Positions 1 to 8,671 of a stretch of 38,069 nt of DNA are shown one piece after another; the stretch's first letter is position 1, and every line of letters begins with the position of its first letter. Source of the DNA: Craspedostauros australis (Eukaryota); assembly GCA_030167865.1 (NCBI GenBank), contig JALAGF010003588.1, forward strand, positions 1-38,069, in the 5' to 3' direction. Under the pieces are notes generated by a model that was not told the origin of the DNA, made no database searches, and saw only the letters and a list, made by a program, of their open reading frames with translations. A program made the position numbers and the translations under genes.

Positions 1-3000
1 TGGCGGCTCTCGGAGGCACGGCCGTCAGCGCTGCCCCTGAGTACGAGACCGTCCCGGTCTCCAAGCCAACCTGCGCCAAGCCGGCCAGAAGCGGAACCTG
101 CCACGCGGCTGGTCTCCTCAACGCCGGTGAGGAAGCCCTCACTCTTGCCCCTGAGCAACCAGCCGACCTTGAGACCGTCCGCGTCGTCCTCAAGCAGAGC
201 TTCTTCGAGGGACAGGACATCGCCTTCGCCGGTGTGGTCATCCCCTCGATCTACACCAACGGCGAGCCGATCTGCATCGAGAACTTCGGACCCCTTGCCT
301 TCGGCGCCAACCTCGATCATGAAGGTCACCCATTCGACCTCATGTGCAATCCCGCCACCAACACCGCCAAGGTCTCCATCTACATCTCCGACGACAAGAT
401 CGACGCAGACAAGCTCGATGAGCTGGCCGAGGACTCGGACGGCCAATTCCCGGACGAGTGCGATCTCGGCGAGTTCGTCCCCACCGAGATGTGCAGCGTG
501 ACTTACGAGATCCAGTGCGGATGCTCTGAGCACGGTGACGAAGAGGAGGAGGAACTCGCCGACGCCGAGGATGGCATCGAGGATGACATTGAGGATGCTC
601 ATGCCGAAACCGAGGAAGCCATCGATGCCCACCTCGACGTGAGAGTCAATGCCGCTGCCGATGTTGTTGACATGGAGGATGGCGCCAATATCAAGCGCAA
701 GCTCGATGCTCAGCTCCGTAAGTTATCACGGCCGTCTTCATCTTCCAACACGCGCGAATGTGAAGCTTGTCTTGCATACTCGCACTGTGCTTTCGTGATC
801 CGGCTGTAACTAACCTATTCATTCGCTCCCTTCCTTCCTTCCTTCTTTCCTTCATTTGCCTCTTTTTCTACCACATTATCCACCGATGATCCACATTCCA
901 CGTGGCACACTTCGCGCCACCTTCTCCACGCGTTCCTCCGCCACATGCAGGCCCGACCCCGGCACCGACCAGCGCCCCGACTAGCGCTCCAACACGCCCC
1001 AAGCCCACCAACCCGCCCAGCGTGAGCTTCGAGCCGACCACCAGTTTGGCACCGACCGAAGAGCAGGGACCAGGCTGCGACAGCATCACCTACCTTCCAG
1101 AGGGACACACCGGACCTCTTCCGTTCTGCTACGATGGAAGCACGTACCATGGAACATACCGCGGCAACGGACGGGGTCGCGGCAAGGCTGACACCACCTG
1201 CTATGTCGTCGAGGAGTCCGAATGCGGAATGATCGACTTCATGATCCAGGGCGCCAACTCGATGGACAACTACCGTTGCTCCGACGTCTTTGACTGGTAC
1301 ATCCGCTGCGTGGCATCCTACGGTTGCACTCCTGCCCATGACAAAACAGTCTACTTCGCCTACGGCACGCCAGGAACGCGAAGGGTGCAATGGATCTCGG
1401 CCCGCAACGGCCAGCCAGGATACTACCGATTCACTCTCGACGGAAATGGTGTCTGGGGTGGTGCCTACAGGTGGAACTGCCCAAGCAAGGAAGCCGCGTA
1501 CGGAATGAAGCACTTCACTGACGCCGTCTACAACACGAAGGTCCCTGGCAACTGGCGCCGTCTGTTCCAGACACCCGTCGGAACTTGTGAAAGCTCTGCC
1601 CCATCCGAGAGTCTGGTCCCCACCTCCAGCCCTGCTCCGTCCCTCCCAGTCCCACCGGACTGCAAGAAGGATTTCGGATATTACTTCCCATACTCCAGGC
1701 CACGAACAAGCAACCATGTCAACAGGAGGAACCAGTATGGTCCCAATGGAAGAACATACATCGTCGTCAACAAGCACTGCCAGTACTACATGTACGGTGG
1801 AGGTGTGAGAGGCAGCCAGTACGTGAACAACATGGAAGAGATGGTCGAAGGCGTCGCCAAGGCTTGGGGAGCGCAGATGGTCAACAACACCGCCGAGTTC
1901 AACCCTCTCGGACGAATGAATCACTGGATGATCGTCTACGGCAATTGCGGTAACCAGCCGTGGTGCACCAACAATGCGTACGTCGCCTTCCGCAAGCACA
2001 GTGGTGTCAAGAACGATGACAAGATCTTCCTCTTCGATTCGAGGACCTACGCCTCCCGCTTCCGCCGACTGTTCTACGATACGGCCAGGAATGACAACGA
2101 GGTCTTCTACACCTTGGACGAGAACAACAAGTGCGGCGTGTCCCCAATGTGCGTTGACGACGGGAAGACAGCATGCTACGTGGACACCAAGAAGAGCGAT
2201 TTTTGCGGCCCGTTCGACTTCGTCGTTATGGATGTCGACGGTGCCGAAACACTCAGAACCAACGACGTGTGGGACTTCTTCACCGACTGCGCATCGTCGT
2301 GGCCATCGTGCACCAAGTATGAATTCCGAAACGCCCAGTTCGTCTACGGCAGGTCTCCAAGAGTGCACAGCTGGAGAAGTGGTGGCAAGCGAATCGTCCG
2401 TCTCAAGGACAACGGCTTCAGGGGAGAGGTACAGTACCACTGCACCAACAACGAGCAAGGTCTTGACTTGTACCACTTCGCCGCCAAGATGTACTGCACT
2501 GATCTCTTCAAGAAGAGGAAGAGCGAGTGCACCGAAAGCCCCACCGACTCGCCAACCGCCTGCCAAGATGGTTTCCTCACCAAGCCACCGATCAACATCA
2601 ACATCGTTATGGACATTTCGTACTCCACCTACTACACCCCCTTCGGCGGTTCCTGGATCGGGGATCTCAACGGTGATGGCAAGAAGAACTCCATCTTGGA
2701 TGCAGAGATCGCCGCCGTCTTTCAAATGATGAAGGTCATCGAGAACTCGGACGTCCTCGACAACAACAACGTCGACATTGGTTTCGTCGTCTTCGAGACC
2801 TCTGGCTTCTACAAGGGCGAGTACATGCCTGCAGGACGTTACAAGCCACTCAATAGCAACGGCAACGGCATCAATCCCAATCTTGTGAGGGATCTCAGAA
2901 GGATCCAGACCCTCAAGACGAACGCCACTGTCATCCAACAGAACAAGGGCTTCACCAACTTCGACGATGCCTTGGACAAGTCCATCGAGTACTTCATGGA

Positions 3001-5038
3001 ACGTGAGAATGACTCGACCATCAACTTCGACGAGTGGACCAACCTCATGGTGTTCCTTTCTGATGGAATCCCCAACATCCGCGGTGACGGAGACAATGAG
3101 CCATTCTGCAAACACGGCCTTAACGGCGTGAACTGCAACAACCCCAACGCAAAGAATAAGCCTGACACCGCCGCAACCCAGACATGGGAGAGCGGCGAGC
3201 TCTCCTTCTGCCAGTCTGGTGATACGGGATGTGCTAACAACAAGTACAAGCCATGCGTCCTCGGACCCAAATGCGAGGGTGATGCTGCCGTGAGGATGTT
3301 CAAGAGCGAGTTCAAGCGCCTTGACGACTTCGGCCCAGAAGGTGTGAAACGAATCTCCATCGGTGTGGGAAAGAGCAGCGACGGCAGCATGGGAAGCGCC
3401 CTGTACTCCATCGACAACAACCCGCTGAAGGAAACCTTCCCCGATATGCTTCCACCGGTTGTGACCACCACCGATGCCCTGGCCAACCTCCTCCGAAACT
3501 TGTGTTACACAAACACGGCCAACCCAACAGACCAGCCATCTGTCAGCCCGACATCCGTCCCATCGGCCACCCCGACTGGCTTCCCAACCAGCGCACCCAC
3601 ATCCGCACCAACCAGCAAGCCAACCAGCGCACCCACGTCCGCACCGACTGGCCTGCCAACCAGCGCACCAACCGACAAGCCAACCCAGACCCCCTCTTCC
3701 CAGCCCACCGACGACCTTTGCGTCTACACCGTCCTCGACTTCGCCGGCGAGACTGGCCCGGTGCTGCCAGGCACTTGGGCACAAACGTATGGAATGAGTG
3801 TCACGTCTATGGTGTCGGACGTCGCAGGCAACCCTGCGTACATTGACACGAACACCGCCGAGGCAGGAGTCGTGATCGCCGTGCCGACGCCTGATTCCGT
3901 GGTCGACGAGGTCAGCCCAGACGGCGGATCCATCCTCATCAACCAGGACCTCACCCAGGACAAGCACATGCGCATCAGCCTGTACGATGTCGAAGATGAG
4001 TTCAAGATCATCCGCCGAATCAGAGAGATGACCATGTTCGGCGAAGTCGTCGGAACTGTCGCCTCTGTTGATGAGCACGATGCCTTCACCGGCGTGAAGG
4101 AGTTCAAGATCCCGGTCGACGGAATTTTCCAGATCGAGATCCAGTTCCAAGGACGCGGCAGCATCTCCAAGCTCCAGATCTGCCGCAACCCCAACAGCAC
4201 CCCAGCTCCATTCGGATTGTCCTCCAACGGATCCACCGACCCGCCAACCGCAACCCCAACCACCAACACAGCAACACCAACCATGACGCCAACCGTGGAC
4301 GATGGATGCCCACCAGGCGCTGTCGTCATCGCTACCACTGGAAGCACCCCGTTCCCACAGAACCCAATCGAGGTCTTGTCCTACGATGGAACCACCGTCA
4401 CGTTCAAGGTCAAGCAGACCTGGAAGGAGACCGTGGGATACCTGTACACTAACTACCAGACCTCCTTCTTCGACAGCGAGTGCGTGTTGCTGGAGGAAGT
4501 GCAGAAGTACGCTAGCGAGACCTACACCGCCAAATGCATGGACTCTGTCGAGATCGCCGTGGTGGACATTTACGCTTCTGATTCGTCATTCGACAGCGTC
4601 CTCGACGATGCCAAGATCCCCCGATGCTGCCAGAAGCCAAAGGATGCCAACCACCCCACCGTGAAGTACACCTTCGAGGTCAAGTGCGCGGATCCATGCC
4701 CAACCCCGGCACGCAAGCTGGCTAGCAAGGCCATTTCTGACGAGGAGGTCGTGGCCAAGTACGGCAAGAAGACAGTCACCAAGACCACCAACGATGGCAA
4801 GACCGAGACCGAGACCAGCAACGGAAGCCACTTCTGTAAGCCAAGCGAGCACCCATGCGGCGATGATGCCAACATGGTGAACGTGTGCCACTACTCATCC
4901 AAGAATGGCTACCAGACCTACTGCGTCGGCGCAGCCGATTCCGACATCGTCTCGTACTATCCAAACGACTCCTGCGGCCCTTGCGCACCTGAGCTCTTGG
5001 AGAAGGCTTCTTCTGTCAACGCCGAAGTTGCCAAGTAA
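1..5038 (+). CDS. Large secreted mosaic adhesin/mucin-like protein (~1,600 aa), 5'-partial; join(<1..717,951..5038). Cys-rich domains, Pro/Thr/Ser linkers, vWA domain
   Basis: The frame starting at base 3 is open and reads AALGGTAVSA-APEYE (end of a signal peptide) into the 234..809 ORF. Donor C|GTAAGT at 718 and acceptor TGCAG| at 950 join in frame (C+GC = Arg) to the 902..5038 ORF: ...KRKLDAQL-R-PTPAPTSAP. vWA motifs DISYS, GFTNF and FLSDG; PTSAPT repeats; strong C-ending codon bias. Confidence 0.88.
718..950 (+). other. Spliceosomal intron (233 nt) of the secreted protein gene
   Basis: GTAAGT donor, pyrimidine-rich interior, CAG acceptor; splicing preserves frame and removes the stop at 807-809. 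Confidence 0.85.
3521..3709 (+). repeat. Coding Pro/Thr/Ser tetrapeptide repeats (PTSA/PTSK/PTGL), mucin-like linker
   Basis: Imperfect 12-bp tandem units encoding PTxx; similar shorter linkers near 953-1060, 1590-1660 and 4190-4300. Confidence 0.85.
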
Positions 5039-5662
5039 GCGGGAGTATGGTACAAACAAGTCCGTCGGAACGTTCTCGTACATGACCTGCAAGAAGAAAT
5101 GGTCCGGACCACGACCACTGCAGGCTCGAACGAGCGATCGAACGAGCGAACGAAGAGATTCGAAGAGAGCGTAACACATGAGTATGCTACATGCTCATAC
5201 GCGTACAATGACTGCTCTACCGATATCCATGGTGGTGCTGCCGGTCTTGCGGCAGCTCGCACAGCACACATCGATCGAGCTTGTGCTTGTTCTCAATTAC
5301 GCTCTGCTCCAATACTCTAATAATACATATCATACGATACTTACAACTACGAGTCCTCCATAGCACATCCTTCCAATTTATGATACGCCGCTCTTGTGCA
5401 TTGCAAGTGTGGCTCAGATACCGACTGCGAGAGACAGACGACCAATGTGTGCTGAGCCTGAGTTGGAACACCAACAATCGCCTCCTGGAAGGTGGAAAGC
5501 ACCAATGAACAAACCTACAAGATCCCAGAATGTCGTCATTTCGTGGAGCGCCTTCCTGGACCTGCCACAGAAACGCGCTGGTTTCTGATGTTGTGGCTTG
5601 GTGGTTGTGGCCCGTTTTAATAAATGAAAGTAGTTTTCATTTTTCATACCATCAACAGCGCA

Positions 5663-5736
5663 GCAGAGATGGTCTAGTTGGTTATGACGCGGCTTTAACA
5701 CAGCTGAGGTCCCGGGTTCGATTCCCGGTCTTTGTA
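5663..5736 (+). tRNA. tRNA-Val(AAC)
   Basis: Cloverleaf: acceptor GCAGAGA/TCTTTGT plus discriminator A; D-arm TGGTCTAGTTGGTTATGAC (A-box); anticodon stem CGGCT/AGCTG with loop TT-AAC-AC (anticodon 5697-5699); T-arm CCGGG-TTCGATT-CCCGG (B-box). AT-rich element near 5615-5625 and TTTT at 5757-5760. Confidence 0.93.
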
Positions 5737-5952
5737 TGGATGCTGGTCGCTATCTGTTTTGCACCAGTCAACTGGTCGCAAGCATGGCGCGGAGTGGCGT
5801 TTGGTTCATCTTTTGCTTCGCTCGATGATGCGTGGATCGACTACAGAGTACTATTCTATATTTTACTACTACTTTGAAGCTCCGCCAACTTCCTTGTGTG
5901 TTCATTGCTCCCAACGCATGCTGCATATCCTGTCAGCGACCGCGACGCCGAC

Positions 5953-6636
5953 ATGACGCAACAACACAAGATCCACGCGACACCGAGCATCGCGATCATC
6001 GGCGGCGGATTCGCAGGCCTGACGTTGGCCAACACCCTGGGACGACACTATCGCGTCACGATCTTCGAAGCCAACCCCCCGGACCCCCAAGGCATCTACT
6101 TGGGCGACATCCACGTGCCGTCGGCTCGACACATCCTGAAACGGCTCAAATTGCACGACGACGCGCCGTCGTATATCGCGCGCGATGCCTGCTTGCAGCT
6201 GCTGCGCCGCAATGTCGCCCCACGTTATCAATGCCGCATCGTCGCGATGGATGAGCATCGATATTTGCACAGCACGACGATGGCGTCGTACGGGCCCTAC
6301 GATTACGTCGTGGCATGCGATGGCGTGCTGACGCGGTATCGCAATGCCGATACCTTTCTGATTGGCGATGCGCGGTGGTGTCAGGACGTGTGGTGGGATT
6401 TCGGTATGACGCGCATTCGGCGTGGTGCGGATACGGCGATGCAGGATGGATACGAGTTGGGGCAGTATCTGTTGCGGCGGATCGGCAGCGATGCATCGTT
6501 CGTGCATGAGAAGTACAGCGCTGAGCGTATTGTGGAAAGAGCAACGCGCAGGCGGTGGATGATGAGGGTGGCGATGATTGTGATCGCGTGCATGATCCAA
6601 CGGGTGTACTCGTACGACAATGCACGCTTCGGATGA
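5953..6636 (+). CDS. Small FAD-binding oxidoreductase (flavin monooxygenase-like), 227 aa, C-terminal hydrophobic helix
   Basis: First ATG at 5953. Rossmann motif IAIIGGGFAGLTLA...VTIFE, DG motif YVVACDG, GD motif FLIGDA; hydrophobic WMMRVAMIVIACMI near the C-terminus. Confidence 0.8.
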   Translation: MTQQHKIHATPSIAIIGGGFAGLTLANTLGRHYRVTIFEANPPDPQGIYLGDIHVPSARHILKRLKLHDDAPSYIARDACLQLLRRNVAPRYQCRIVAMDEHRYLHSTTMASYGPYDYVVACDGVLTRYRNADTFLIGDARWCQDVWWDFGMTRIRRGADTAMQDGYELGQYLLRRIGSDASFVHEKYSAERIVERATRRRWMMRVAMIVIACMIQRVYSYDNARFG

Positions 6637-6889
6637 GTGAGGAAATGTATGGACTATAGTGGTGTGCTATGTATGGATGGTTACTCTCTAGAGGTGTGTA
6701 ACTCTTGCGATATAATACATAATGAATGATGGGATTGTGCTTGGGGGCAGTGTTGTCACTGGCAGCAAAATTGATGGGTGCATTCAAGTTGTGAGCGGCT
6801 GCCGATGATGCGCAGGAGTGCAATATATATTCCACGCACCATCGCGATAGCGCCGTGTCTGGGGAGACTCGATCGCAACATCCCACCGA

Positions 6890-8671
6890 CTAGGAGATCT
6901 GCAGCTGGCTGAGGATCTCGTGGTTGAAGTCATCCGAAGTGAGGGCCTGGTTGCGGTTGCGACGGTGCCGTGCGCTGCTGGGCGAAGTGGCGCTGGAAAG
7001 CGTCAGCCGACTGGGCGTTTGCGGGGACGATGGGCTGTTGTTTTGCGCGGTGCCATCCTGGGAATCCTGACTGTCCTGGCGAGAGAGGGTTCGAGGACGC
7101 GGCGGCGTCTTGGAGGGGCATTCGAAGGAAAGCCAGGGATTGCGCAGCGGCGAGATGGTGGGCATGGGCAGCGACGTGTTGTGGTTGAGGTAGGACATGT
7201 CCAACTCATCGATGTCCTCGTAGTCGTCCATGCTGAGCGTGGGGGCGGTGCTCGCCGTGGTGGTGCTGCTGTTGAGCTTCTTGCAGATGGGATAGGCTGA
7301 CGGCAGCCCGACGGAGGTCTCGCACGATCGCTTTCTCTGCGAGCTCTGGTTGTTGGTGCCGCTCTCAACGCCGTGGTGCTGATGGCTGCCGCTGCTGCCA
7401 GCGCGACGACGCGGGTGCTGGTGGTTGGCGTAGACGCCGCTGCCGATGTATCCGTAGCCGCTGGCATCGCGGTAGCGGTTGTTGAAACCGTCACGGTTGA
7501 AGGCAGGGCGGAGGGGATGGAAGGTGGTGCCGCCGGCGTTGTCGTCGCCGCTGAGATCGAGGTGCAGCTGCATCATGGAGACCCGGATGGGGCAGTCCGA
7601 CACGGCTCGTTGCGCATGCGTGAGACTCGAGGGTCGTGACGGGAGAGGCGAGTCGGAGATCATGCGCCCGTTCGATATCAGGTGGTTGCCGGAGTGGCTG
7701 CGGCTGCGGTTCTGGTGGCTGGCGCAAGCTGGGCGCGATTCCTTGTGCAACAGCGGGAGGTGTTGTTGATGGTGCTGTTCTAGGTCGTACTGTTCCAGAG
7801 GAAGCTGTCGGCGGTGGCCAGGATGCTTGTTGCGTCTGTTGTGCGTGTTGTTGTGCGTGTTACTGTGCGTGGGGACTGTCATGGACACCACCGCCATGTC
7901 TGCCATCTTGCTGTGGCCATCGACATGATCATCGCTGTGAGTGGACTGGTGCACGACCGAGATGGAGGACGGCAACGTCGCCGGACTGGTGCTCAGCGAG
8001 GATGCGACAGAAGAGGACTGCGACAAGGTCGGCGTCAGCGGTGGTGAACGCAGTGATGACTCGTTGCATCCAAGAGCAGCCAGCGGAGATGCGGGAGGAC
8101 TGGTCAACGCGAGCTTTGCGGATGGAGATGATCGCGGCATGGGCGATGTTGCGAAGGAGTCTGCCGCAGTGGTTGCTGTGGTGTTGGTGGTTGCGCTTGG
8201 TGCTGGTGAAGCTAGAGGTGGCTTTGGTAGTGCCAACGCGAGTGGGAGTGGGTCTTGCTTCTGTCGATGTTGAAGCTTCTGTCGGTTTTGTGATTGTGAT
8301 TGCGACTGTGATTGCGACTGTGATTGCGACTGTGAGTGAGAAATGTTATGATGGCTGTCGAAGAGGCGGTAGACCACATCGCCCTTCTTGTTCATGGCTG
8401 CAACCAGCGCGGATGTGGTTGTGACTGGGACTGTCGTGGTGGTAGCCGTTGGTGTGCGGGTGCCTTCTGCGTCCCTTGTTTCACGATCAGTGGACGGAGT
8501 CGACACAGCAATGTCATCATCTTGTTCCACTGCGGCGAACTTCTTGCCAGTGCTTGTGGATGATTTTGTCCGTGGAGTGGACACTCGCGGTGACTCCATC
8601 GGGTGTGACACCTGGCGATTCCTCTTCTCTTCGACGATCTTCATTGTCGTCGTCGCCTTCCCCATTCTCAT
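6890..8671 (-). CDS. Hypothetical disordered Ser/Thr/Pro/Gln-rich protein (~590 aa)
   Basis: Long ORF (track 6890..8728 starts at TTG; first ATG at 8671). Codon-like composition, many SP/TP sites, CA-rich leader upstream on the minus strand. No recognisable folded domain. Confidence 0.7.
   Translation of the reverse strand: MRMGKATTTMKIVEEKRNRQVSHPMESPRVSTPRTKSSTSTGKKFAAVEQDDDIAVSTPSTDRETRDAEGTRTPTATTTTVPVTTTSALVAAMNKKGDVVYRLFDSHHNISHSQSQSQSQSQSQSQSQNRQKLQHRQKQDPLPLALALPKPPLASPAPSATTNTTATTAADSFATSPMPRSSPSAKLALTSPPASPLAALGCNESSLRSPPLTPTLSQSSSVASSLSTSPATLPSSISVVHQSTHSDDHVDGHSKMADMAVVSMTVPTHSNTHNNTHNRRNKHPGHRRQLPLEQYDLEQHHQQHLPLLHKESRPACASHQNRSRSHSGNHLISNGRMISDSPLPSRPSSLTHAQRAVSDCPIRVSMMQLHLDLSGDDNAGGTTFHPLRPAFNRDGFNNRYRDASGYGYIGSGVYANHQHPRRRAGSSGSHQHHGVESGTNNQSSQRKRSCETSVGLPSAYPICKKLNSSTTTASTAPTLSMDDYEDIDELDMSYLNHNTSLPMPTISPLRNPWLSFECPSKTPPRPRTLSRQDSQDSQDGTAQNNSPSSPQTPSRLTLSSATSPSSARHRRNRNQALTSDDFNHEILSQLQIS
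8289..8335 (-). repeat. Coding (Ser-Gln)n tandem repeat, 12-bp unit
   Basis: TGTGATTGCGAC repeated about 3 times on +, encoding SQSQSQSQSQSQSQSQ on the minus strand. Confidence 0.85.

Noticed and set aside
718-809. End of ORF 234..809 as a separate gene, and GTG start at 902
   Set aside because: Both lie in an intron with canonical splice sites that fuse the two ORFs in frame.
815-4150. 1,111-aa antisense ORF
   Set aside because: Mirror frame of the strongly codon-biased secreted gene, where C-ending codons suppress antisense stops; V/G/L-rich translation with no motifs.
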